A stretch of 64,000 nucleotides of DNA from positions 68,448,001 to 68,512,000 of the forward strand of contig OZ241827.1 of the NCBI GenBank assembly GCA_965202585.1, in the 5' to 3' direction. This document shows, piece by piece, positions 24,754-36,703 of the stretch. The DNA comes from Thalia democratica. Its lineage: Eukaryota. The stretch's first letter is position 1; each line of letters begins with the position of its first letter. The notes under the pieces were generated by a model, which ran no database searches, had not been told where the DNA came from, and saw only the letters and a list, made by a program, of their open reading frames with translations. The position numbers were made by a program, and so were the translations under genes.

Positions 24754-27499
24754 AAAAAAACATGTGTAAAGAAAGTATATAGTATAGTTAAGCATATGGA
24801 AACTATACTGAAAGTTTTGACTAATCGATCAAACTATTATGGAGATACTTTAAGTCGTTGGTTAATGGTTTTTGTATAGTAAAAAGTTTTCAGTTAGCCG
24901 TGATATCATGCTTTCTTGTATAAAATGTTGGAAATAATTATTAAGATTTTGATTAATCCAAAAAAAACAACGGATAAGCCGCTGGTCGTAAAAAAAACGT
25001 AAGAAAATGTTTAAACGAAAATTTGTTTAAAAATATGTATTAGAAAGTTATTTTTCTTTTGTAGCTAGCAGTTTTTTTCAAGCTATATTTTTAAGTTTAT
25101 CTTTTATCAAATTAACAAAAAATCGTTCTTAGCTAAAATAAACTAAGTACTTTTAAAGTTGTTGTAATTTTTCTAAAGTATAATTATTATAGTCAGTAAA
25201 TATGGTAAGATTTTAATTTCCTACGTACTAGACTGAACAAACTTTTTTTTTTCTTATTTAGTTTTAATAAATTAGCTTGCCAACTATTACCCTTAGTTTA
25301 GATTATTTTTAGCTTTTTAGTTTGTAAACACTATTACTTATCTTAATCAAAGTTTTTTTTAGTACCAATCAATCTAAAATACTAGCTAAACATTATGTAA
25401 AAGGTAACGCTTTTAAAGAAAATTTGATACACTACTACTTTAAATTAAGCAGAAGTACTAGAAACTTAAAGTAATCATTATCCAAGATGTAATACACACT
25501 TTTGTTTTTACAGTTTAGCTTTCAACCAAGCCCTTGATGTGAGATCTAAAGAGGAAGAAGTTTTAATAAAAATAATAAACTACAACCTACTTTTATTTTG
25601 TATAGTTTATTACTTACCTTACACTAAATAACGTATATATATGCTGTGCAAACTAGTAATACGATACTAGCCGTTTTTCTCAATATGACTAAAAACAGCA
25701 TATTTTCAATATTACTGTCATATTATTATGTCAATATTATTGTCGTATTAAGAAAAATATTACTCAATATTTTTCTTAATGTGACACAGCAAAATTTAAA
25801 TAAAGCTTAAGTCAGGGGTCGGCAGCCTTTTATAAGGAACGGGTCATGTTTACTGAAAAACGTCCTTCGCGGAAAACACTAAAAAGAGTCTTTTGAAAGT
25901 TTTAAAAATAAAAGTTTAAATCTTTATTCAAAAGCGCGCTTGTTAAGTTAATATACTTTAAATTTAAATTTAAATTTGTATAACAAACTTGTTAAACTTT
26001 AAACAAAATAATTCAAGTAAGCAAATACCTTTTAAAAAATGTAGGACTAAATGTATCAGGAAATCTAAAGTTAAAACTTTAATAAATTTTGAGAATGTAT
26101 TTCATATTTAAAGTATTTAAACTATGTTCTTAAATTAATAATTAAAAAAAGTTGTAATACACTAAAGACGGTACAGAAGGTTCTGTAAAACAAAAACTGC
26201 ATTATTTTTTTTCATTTTTACAAATTATTAGATTATTTAAACTAACTATATTATAAGAATTTATTGTTATTTTTTAAAAATGCTTAAATTTTTTATGAGT
26301 GCAACATGTGTCCTTCGTTATGGATTTTTTCAACATCGTATTTTTTTTTTGCTTTGCTTGAAATGAGCAAAATAAAAATAAAACGTTGAGTGATTTGAGT
26401 AAGAACAAGTTAGTGCACATAAAATTAGTTGCTTTGACAAGGCTTGGTACAACCAAGATTTTTGTCATCAATGAGCTACTACTTTTCATTAAAAAAAACT
26501 TAATGCAAATTTTTAAATCAGTGTTTTAGCTATCAACATCAAGGAGTATTATTTACTAAAACTGTATCACTTAAACTTTTGAGGTTAAGATAAAAAAAAA
26601 AGTTCAACATTTCGACACATTTCTGAAATATTTTTTGTAGAATGAGTTATTACTTAAGGCACTCATAGTAATCTAAATACACAAATAAACTTTACAAAAT
26701 GACTTTCAATTTTGTATGATGTTTAGAAAGTAAATTTTGCTGTTTTTGTAGATTTAGATCTAACGAATAATTTTGTAGTGATTAGCTGCCCACTTTTTCT
26801 TATAACCTTTATCTTTGAATGTTTAAACATATATTATTCAATACTAGATTTCAACTTTTATCTAGCTTATTAGTATATATATATACTATATAGTGTTAAA
26901 GCTAACTAGTCATAAAAGTGACAGTTTTAATCAAAAAAAAAACGTATAACCATGTTCCTTTAATCTACTTATTTATTTACTGTAGCGTTTACATATTTTA
27001 TATTTTTTTTACAAAATTTCCCAAAAAGTTGGTTGAAAAAGGGTTAAACATAAGCTTAACCTAAATATTAGAAAAAAAAAACTGAGGTTAAACTGTTAGG
27101 AGTTTACAACTAAGCAGTCTACTTTAGTTGCTGTAATCTTTTAATTGGGTTTAAACTTAGTTTTACTTATCGAGCTTGAGCTTGTTTTGAAATCACAGCG
27201 AAAAACTAGACACTTTCAAAATATTTTTTTTAAAGACAAAAGTCGGCAGCCGCTTGGTGGTAAACTCGCTTATATAAAAGTCTCCCGCGGCTGGCAATTG
27301 TTTTAAAAAGTTTAGTGATCAAAAAGTACGACTGTTTTAAAACAAAAATTTAATCACGTTTGCCGTTAGAAAACACAAAAAATTACCAACTAACGATTTG
27401 AAAGTTGCAATATAAGTTGTTATGAAAAAACTGTAGTTCATTTGAATATATTGATTCAAGTCAAAATTATTTTGTGACCCACAGGTTTTTGCTTTGCAG

Positions 27500-27589
27500 A
27501 TCAAAGCCAAAAGGCCGCAGTTCGTTCATTCTAGAACGACAAACCGTTTTCAGATCGCAAAGTTAGAACAGTTTTGGAACATAAACAAG
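27500..27589 (+). CDS. Candidate further exon of the 21314 gene
   Basis: TTTTGCTTTGCAG acceptor, open phase 0-0 frame IKAKRPQFVHSRTTNRFQIAKLEQFWNINK, AAG|GTTTGC donor. Confidence 0.4.
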
Positions 27590-28815
27590 GTTTGCAATTG
27601 TTTATGTTCATAAACAAAGCCCGCAAAGCAAAAATATGCAACCCTCGACGTACTGTTTAACTCTAACCATACTTTTATAAAACGTTTAAAAATTTCTTAA
27701 TCATTTATATTTAAGTTCTTAATCTAATAATTATTACTTACTGGTGCGCAGTTTTTTCTTATCACATTTTTGGCTTAATACTATTTTTTTTGTATTATTA
27801 GTACATTTATCTTAAAATAACTGCGGCCCTTACAAGACTTTTTTCTATACAGTGCGGCCCGCGGCTTTAAACAGTAAAAAAAATAAAAACTGAAAATTTT
27901 AAATATCTAAATTAAGAGGTGCCTTAAAAAACTACATACAAAAAAAAGAATATTTTAAATTGAAAAAGCAGACAAAAAGGCCTAACTGAACTGAGTTTTT
28001 GACCCTACGTTGTTAAACGTAGCCCTTTACTTGCATTGATTTATTTAGTTTTTTTACCGCCTTACCAATTATTACCCCTACATATTCAATATTGACCAAA
28101 AAGAAATGCCCGCTTTTAAAAACTCTGACATAGATTTCGAAGCCAGTTACTGCAAATTTAAACCAAACTAAGAAATTTGTTCTAATTGTTCAACTGCAAC
28201 ATGTCACTCGTCTTTAAATTATTAAATTTTAATTGTTGTTGTTGATAGTTTTCAATTGCTAACACTAACTTAAAAAGTTTGTATACAATACATGTTATCA
28301 AAGTTAAGTAGAAATAAACAAACAGTTTTAATGATAACTTTAAACAATTCAAGTTTTTGTTATAATTTTACAAGGGTTTTAATATTTATGTATTTTGTAT
28401 TAAATTGCAGAATATTTCCCTAACTTTACTAGAAGTTAGTCAAAAATTTAGACATTAGTTTATCTTTAAAAAATAACTTAAATTAAAACAATAATTCTAA
28501 ACAACATTTTTACTGATCGAACTGAAGCTTATATAAAGACCGTAGCAAAAAAACGGGACACTGTCAATAAATATTTTTTTAAGTAGCAAAACAAAAACTG
28601 AGATAATGTTAACCAACCTTTTCTAAATCATTTACTTGAGAAAAACTTGTAATAGTTTATCAAAACCGCTAAAATTTTGAAAATTGCGTTTTTAAACCGG
28701 ATAAAAATTAACATAATCTCTATTATGACGTATATTGAAAACTATAAGTTAATAACAAAAATCAAACATTTCAAAATTAAAAAGCAGGCGAGCCCAGGTG
28801 AAGTGAAACTTCAAA

Positions 28816-29685
28816 ATGTCTGACTACTCGGGTTATTCGAATTATTCGGGCGGGGGAGCTAAAAAGGCGGGCATGAGCCCCGCCGTGATCGGAGGAATAG
28901 TCGCGGCTCTGCTGGTGGTCGGAGGCGTGGGAGCCGCGGTGGTCGTCCTTTCGGGAGGTGAAGGCGGCGAAGGCGGCGATAAAAGAGGCCTCTTCACAAC
29001 AGGTACTTCAAATCTTGCAAATAAACATATCAGTTTAGACCGTTTCAAAGTAAACTTTTTTTTGTCAGGTCAAACCTTGTTTTATTAACGGTTAATTTTT
29101 TTTTTGACAACAATAGTCGTTAATCAATAAAATCAACATTTCGTTTTTAAGACGACGGAAAGTGCATCAGGGTGTCGAAGGCGGCGGAAGGCGTGTCGAG
29201 GGACGAGGCGGTGCAGGCGTGCGCCGACCTTGGCGGCAATCTGATCGGAAAAGTGTTGCAGGAGAAGGGAATTTTCGAGTGAGGGCATTTTTTTTTTTTG
29301 CGAAACAACAGACAGCTCGGAAAACAAACTTTTGACACTTTTTTTCGGCAGCCAGTTCACGGCGCTGCTGGGAGAAAACTACGCGTGGACGGAGCTGAAG
29401 GAGGACTTGGAGGCGAACAAGAAGGCGAAAGCGACGGGCGCCAGGAGGTCGTTCTCGTGGCCGAGCACGGGGGAGAAGTTCGTCGGCGGGGACTTTGTGT
29501 GGTGCGAGGGCGAACCGAACAACAGCGGGGGCGGCATTCGGGAGGAGTGCACGGTGGTGGCGGGCAACCGGCCGTCGAGCGCCGAGGGCAAGCCGTGCCT
29601 GGACGACAGGGCGTGCGCGCAGAAGGTGGACAAGGTCTCGCAGACGCCGCTGGCCGCCATCTGCGAGGTGGTGGAGGACTGCTGA
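28816..29685 (+). CDS. Type II transmembrane C-type lectin (~215 aa)
   Basis: Exons 28816-29002, 29152-29278 and 29352-29685 in phase (648 nt). TM segment VIGGIVAALLVVGGVGAAVVVL; lectin domain with C..A..AC, F.W, WCEGEPNN, EEC, LDD..C and ICE. Confidence 0.85.
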
Positions 29686-32072
29686 GGTTCTCGCGAGGAA
29701 ACGATAAAATAATGATAAAAGCAACTTGTGTGATTTTGTTGTTTTCTTTAGTATGAGCTTTATTATTAATGTTTCATTTAAGTGATAAAGGTCAAGTTTT
29801 ATAGAAATCTTTAAAAAAAACAATCGTTAGTTGATGTCAGTGGTTTAAGTTGTTTAGTTTTTAGTTTAAAGGAGTTACCAATCAGCCTTACTTAAAAAAA
29901 ATTTCAACAAATTTTAATTCAAGCCGCACACAATTTACATTTTATAATAATTTCTAGTTTAATTTAGGGTTTTGTACCTTTCGTTTCACTACATTCCCGT
30001 GTTTATTAAAACTAATTTTACCTTCATGTTATCCTCATCGATTCTTGATAGGAGAAATAATATAAATAAAATTTTCTTAAGTCTAGTGGTCCTAAAACTT
30101 ATGCTATTGAAACTTAATTTCCAAGACTGAACTAACACGACGGCAACTGTGGTTCCCATATACTTTACAAAAGTTTGTCGATTTAAAATATTAAAAGTAC
30201 ACTGTTATTAAATGTATTGCTTTATTAAAATAAGGCCTATTGCCTTATGCTCTGTGCGTGAAACATTGTAAACAACTGCAACTGGTGCATAATAGTTTAA
30301 CATAATTGACACGTTTGGTGCACGGTCGAAAAACAGCTATTAAAACGTTATATCGGAACCTGAAACCAACTAGTTGAACAGTATCACATGATGTAACGTC
30401 ATAGCCACAAAAAAGCTAAATTAGTTCCAAAAAATTGTACGTAATGTACAACAGAAAAAATTGTAAATCTTGTTCGAAAAATAGAAAAGCTCACAAAGTT
30501 TAGGCGTTTATTGCTAGTACAAATTTCCGTTAACAGTTTCCGACCAATTATTAAAAGTAATGCTACTATCTTGGTTTAAAAAGAGATATCAAAAAGTATT
30601 ATTACAATTAGTTCAAAGAAGTTTGTAATTAGAAGTCTTAAAAAGCTTAATACTTTAAGTTGAGTTACAGAATTATAACTTTATGATTAACAACTTCTGG
30701 AATACAAACAATTTGAAAAAATAAAAAACCATGTATAGTAAAGCTTCGATACGTAATAAAATATTCAACTATATAAACTTTATTACTCTCGTTTAAATAC
30801 ATTATTGGTATATGCTACAGTAAAAAATGTTTGAAGTGATAAAGCTAAAATATTTTAAGAATGTTTCAATTAATAAATACTAGTTAAGAATTAAATCACA
30901 CTCCTTATTCTGTTCATTTTTTAATTTAAAATTATTACTTTCGATAAGGATATACAACAAGCTTATAAAAGTTTTAAACAACCTAATTTGTTCTGAGTTG
31001 CAAAAAAGTATTGTAGTATATTACGGTATACAAGCTTAATAAAAATCGTTAAAACTGGGATAAATCTTAAAGAGAAGTAAAAAGGATTGTGTTTATTAAT
31101 TTGTTGTTTAAATGATTTAGAAATCATAAAAAGAACAAATTATGATGAAAATATATAATTTTTTCCATAGTTCGCCAAATTTTCTATAAAAGAGGTAGAA
31201 GAAAGAAGTAATGATACAAAGTTGATTAGCAAAACGAGTATTGCGCTGTTAAACAAAAACTATTACATCATAGATAAAATAAGTCGGTTCAATATATTTA
31301 CTTAACAGTATGCGTGAAATTTATTCTTCTTTATTAATAAAATTATTTATAAGTACTAAACAAACTTCCATTTTTTTAAGACTTTGTTTAAGACTTTATA
31401 TAGCTGGGTTTTCATAGATTTATCATGTTTAGCTAAGAAAGTTAAATGATAAAATAAAGCATGCACTGCTTCGACAATATAAGTTTAAGTAACAAAAAAT
31501 ATGTTTTAAATTTAAAAAAAATTAAACATTTATTCTGCACAGCTTTTCGAAACTGATAAAGTCATTTACTCAGAGTTAGATTATCAAGACTTGTACTGAA
31601 ACCTAACTTAACGTTTGCGGTTTCCGCATGTCGTCGATAAACTTCAAACCTCCTTCTCAAATTAAAATGCATGTGCTCATAAAAGTTCTTCACTAAACTG
31701 AATCAAACGACCCGCAAGCGTTTCAAAACCAGGCTTGCTGACTTAACTTGTTTTGTAGTAGCTAAAATAAAAAGAAATAATTAAAGTTTAATTTTTACTA
31801 ACTTTTTTATATTATATGAGTTGATATTAAATAATGTTTTGACTTACCTGATTTATATAGTTGCAAAACTAGTTTAACAAACTTCATTAATTTCATTTTA
31901 AACCCGCGGCGTTGCTGCTTATTGTTATTTTTAATGTCAACAAGCTAAACGCAAGAAAAAAACACAACGAAATATTTTCAATGTAGAGGTTCTGTCCACT
32001 CGGAGGGCATGGTGACACCGGAGAAACAGGTTCTGCTTCGGAGTCACTTGCGACTCTAATAGTCTAGTACCC

Positions 32073-32246
32073 CAGTGCTATGAACCTTTTTCTAGTGGCG
32101 GAACCCTTTTCCAAAGTTCAACTTTTCGGCGGAACCCCTGACTTTTACTTTACATAAAATGTTTAATTAAATAAATGTTCTTTTTTAAATTTCGAAGGGC
32201 TTCGCGGAACCCTTGGGTTCCGCGGAACCCCATTTAAGAAGCACTG
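32073..32246. mobile_element. 174-bp hAT-type MITE with 8-bp TSD
   Basis: TIR CAGTGCT/AGCACTG; TSD TAGTACCC at 32065-32072 and 32247-32254; internal GCGGAACCC repeats. Confidence 0.85.
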
Positions 32247-32354
32247 TAGTACCCTACGTTACGCTTACTTACACCTCTTTTACTCATCTTAAAATACAAT
32301 TTAAAGTAAGAGAATGTCAGATATCAGAATATTAAGCATCAGAATGTCAAATAT

Positions 32355-32480
32355 CAGACATAAGACATACCAGTTTATTGGACGATAAAAAAAGACGCTT
32401 CAAATATTTGGTCCTAGGACCTGGTGCACGAAGAATCTTACGGTTTTCGAATCGCACACCACGGATACTTTTTAACGTTT
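32355..32480 (+). repeat. Dispersed repeat with an inverted copy at ~54645-54765
   Basis: GGTCCTAGGACCTGGTGCACGAA matches the reverse complement of TTCGTGCACCAGGTCCTAGAACC. The flanking TTTATTG.ACGATAAAAAAA motif is also shared. Confidence 0.6.
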
Positions 32481-33296
32481 TTAAAAATACAAATATCTTA
32501 AATTAAAGATAGGTGAATAGTATTTAATAATATTTGACCAAAGTTTACTAAGATTTTAGGTTAAATACTACTTAATTTTCAAAATGAAAATGAACATCAA
32601 TTACTCCAAAGTTATTCTAAACAATAATTAATAATAATGAACAAAAAAAAAGTAAACTTAAAACTTAACTATCAATAAAATACTAACAAAAATTCCTAAT
32701 AAACTATATAAACAGCTATAAAAATACAACATTTTATTCTTAAACTAATTGATACTACGAGGTTGAAAATAATAAAATAATAAAATGTAGAGAGAAAACA
32801 ATTGAGACTAACAGTTGCTTTTTACCAACAGATATCTTAGCAAATCAACCCAAGTTTAACTGAAGGCACATTCATGTCTTCAAAAAACAAAACAGTCATT
32901 AATTATGAAATATAATCCCGAACATAGCGTGTCTAAAGTTCTTAAACTATTTTGTCCTTTCATAACTTTGTCTTTTTTTACAACGGTACTTTTCCCAAAG
33001 TGAAAGGCGATTAGGGGGAAAAATTCGCTTCCATTGAGAAACCATTTGTTTTAAAATGGATCTGCGTCAATAGTTATGAAAAATGGTTTAATGAGTGCTT
33101 ACTTTAAATCTGTTAAACCATTTCTTAATAAAAACTAGTCTGCTATATTTGCACGCATGATCCAAATTTTTGTATGTTATTGTTGAATACTTTGACGAGA
33201 TTTAAACAGAACATAATAAAAATTTAAGGCAAACTAAATTCTTTTTAATTGATACCCCAGTTTAAAAAATTAAAATTTTAAGTCTTTTCAAAATAA

Positions 33297-33798
33297 GGGG
33301 TAGCTGTCAAATTTGCATAAGCGTACAAAATTGTTCAAGTGGACAAAATTGCACGCAGATAATATTGCACGAAGACATTTTTGCACGAGCAGACAAATTT
33401 GCACGGAGACATTTTTGTACGGGTTGAACTTTTTATTTCATTTTATTTTATTTTATTTACTATCACTGTTATCCCGAACCCTTACCCTCGGTCGGTAGCT
33501 TTATTTTTATTTTTTTTTATTCTTGTTATTTAATAATGATAACTTTTATTAGTTATTTTTTTGTTTTTATTTTTTATATAGCTGTTATCCTTAACCCTTT
33601 CATTCGGTCAGTAACTTTTTTTCTTTTTCTTTGTTTATTAGTTTATTAATTAGTTTTATTTTTTTGCTGTTTTAAATATCTTTTTAATCTTGTGCAAAAT
33701 GACCCGCCATGCAAAATTCACCCTCGGTGCAAAATTGTCTTCGTGCAATTTTGTGCCCTCGTACAATTTTGTCTTTGTAAAATTTTGACCTGTTCTCC
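33297..33798. mobile_element. Foldback-like MITE with subterminal (CAAAATTGCAC)-type repeats in opposite orientation at each end
   Basis: Left arrays read ..AAATTGCACG.. and right arrays read ..GTGCAAAAT..; imperfect GG..GTCAAA TIR; no TSD found. Confidence 0.6.
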
Positions 33799-34044
33799 AA
33801 GCTACAAGTTGTGTGCGACTTAGATTAAAACTGGAAAAACTCTTTTCTAGTAGAATACTAGAGCATACAAAACTATAATCAAAATAAAAGAGTTTAAACG
33901 AAAACTATTTCAAGTTGGTCAGATGACCCACTTGGGGGCCATTAGCTGCAAAGATTAGCAAAGGATTAATTAATTTTGATTAGCAAAGGAGCCATAAGGC
34001 CATAATTTGAAACTTACTTAATATATATACATATCTATTTAAAG

Positions 34045-34707
34045 TAAAGGAGGGCATCGTTTTTAAATCAACGAGCCGGATTCGGAAAAAAATTAGTCTC
34101 TTGCGGGCCGGAGCATTTCGAATTAGTGATTTACTGGATCAAGTATCCAGAGCCAGCCGAATAATGACTTTTTAAATCCAAATCCGAATGGATACTTATT
34201 TTAAGTCGAGATCTGGATCCACCCAGACGAGTCTAAATTTATGGATTCAGTAGATCTTTTTTTTGAACCTTTCGAATGCACAAAACTTTCTCATGTCTGA
34301 CAACTTAAGATGTAGATTACGACATGTCAGATGTTTTAATAATGTCTACAAATAGAATTGATATAGTAAATGACAAAGGTATGTATGTAAAATATCACTT
34401 AAAATTGCACTTTGTCTGGGGTAACTTGACAAAAAGATATTCCAACTAGGTTAGAATAACACAAAATATTAGGATAAAATAGTGTACTTATAAGTACACA
34501 TTAACTTATAAAGTAGTTTTTTAGCATGTTTTTAAAGTCAAATTCTTACTATTTTGTAAAATTATGATACAAAGTTTTGTAATTTTTTTGTAATATTGAC
34601 CCTTTGCGTACCTGTCACTTCGCTTACGGGCCGGATTCCATTAAAGTTTTAAAAACGGTTGGGGGCCGGTCATTTTCACTCTGCGGGCCGTACATTGCCC
34701 ACCCCTA
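34045..34707 (-). mobile_element. Internally deleted hAT element, same family as 52444-53789
   Basis: Ends ..GCGGGCCGTACATTGCCCACCCCTA. TSD ATTTAAAG / ATCTAAAG (one mismatch). Confidence 0.8.
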
Positions 34708-34889
34708 ATCTAAAGTTTTTGTCCTAGATTTTAAAAATTTATAGATATTTATTTACTTTACTATAGTAAACATTTAAGAGGTAATTATGCTTAGAAAAAA
34801 AACTTCCCCTTAAAGAAAAATTTTGCAGAAGCTCTCCAATGTATCATATAAAATGCAAAACTAACAACTTGATTACCAGATAATACTCA

Positions 34890-36670
34890 ATGGAGTTCAT
34901 CAAGAAAAATCATGAAGTAGAAGAATGTATGTTACAAATTTAAATTAAAAAATATAAAAATAAATGTTTTAATTAACTTACAAAGGAATATAACTATTTT
35001 TTTTCAAATTAATGTTCTCTTATCAGTAAATAATAAAATAACTTGACCCAGTATTTTAAAGTTAATGGTGTGTAGCTCATGACCTATAGGTATTTTCCAT
35101 TCCATTTCTTTGACTGTACTTATGAGAGTTCACGTTTTTGTGTTTTATTTAAAAGTATATACACAACACTCATACAAACTTACTTTTGTGGTTATTCTAA
35201 ATAAGAGGTTTATTATTTGTATACACTTTTGTTTATTTTAGATTCAGTACAATTTCAATTTTATTTTACTGGTTTGAAAGAACTAATAGAAAAACAAATT
35301 GATGAAAACTTACTGAAGCTCCAAAACAAATTGGAAATGTACAATACAATAAATACTGGTATGTCATTAGTTTATTCAATTATATTCTACTAGCAACAGG
35401 GTTGCCAATTTACCTGCAATCCTGGAAAAACCTAGAATTTGACAGTTTAGGCAAAAAAAAACTGGAAAATTTGGAATTTTGAACAAAAATCACTAAAAAA
35501 ACCTGGAAAAACATGAAATTTTAACAATTTTCACATGTTCAGTAGTAAAGTTTCAATTTGACTCAAAAAATCTATAATACAAATAAAATTTTTTTATCAT
35601 CATCAAGTTTTTTTTATTAAAAAACATATTTAAAGTAGCTTTACAGTATCTTTTCAATGTTTTACTATTTAACACAGTTTCTTACCTTTAACTTAACTTT
35701 ATACTAAAATAGACCCAAAAATTTGTACTTTGAAAAACCTGGAAGAAAATTTAAAAACCTGGAAAAAAATTGCAAAAAACTAGTGGCAACCCTGTAGCAA
35801 ATAAATTATCACTAGGTTTTTCAAGAATTTCAGAAAAAATCTGTTTCACTTATGACTTTTTTTTCAGTTAATATTTATAAGCCTTATGTAAATATCCATT
35901 TGCAGATCTAAATCAAGCTCAGTATTTAATATATAGTTTGAAAAACCATCTTTTTGAAAAACAAAACGAGGAATTTTCAAATTTGTGTAACAAAATTGAA
36001 ACTTTAGAAGAAACAAATAAATTGCTAATTGAGGAACATAATGAGACATCACATAAAGTTTTATCAAAAGAAAAAGGAACTAATATAAAGTAAGTTAATT
36101 TTAAGTTAAAATTTATTAGTTGTTTTGTTGTTTAAAATCATCAAATTTTTATTAGATTTTAAGTTAATTGTAGTAACTTAATAATTATTTTAAAGGTATA
36201 TATTTGTTTATACTATAATAATTAGTAAAATGTATTTTTAATTACTTATAATATCACTACTAATATCATGTTTTAGGTACAGTAGTAAGATTAGTAAGCC
36301 ATTTTTGAACACAAGTCAAAACTTTTCAAATGACAGCAGCACTGTTCAATGTGAAAATGGTTTGTTCTTTTAAAATTTTCTAAAGGTTAAAATCTTTGTA
36401 GCATTATATTGTAACTTGAAACTGTTGTTTTTAGAGGCAGCAGCAAACAAAGTAAAAAAGGATCATTTGCATCAAACTGAAATAAAGTTAGAACCAAATG
36501 ACAATATACTACAACAAACTGATCTTACTTCAAATAGTCTAAAATTATTACAAAGTTTAAACAAAAATGGAATGCAAAACACAAGTAAATTTTGATATAA
36601 AGTTTTCTTTTTTATGCTACGAATATTTCAAATGAAGTCATCAAATGTTTATTTAGTCTCATGGAAAACA

Positions 36671-36703
<33 letters not shown>

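Noticed and set aside
25813-28007. Possible 2.2-kb hAT element starting CAGGGGTCGGCA
   Set aside because: The right TIR match is poor and there is no TSD.
32040-32068. GAGTC/GACTC hairpin followed by CTAG|T, like a Helitron 3' end
   Set aside because: Short stem, no 5' TC end and no second copy found.
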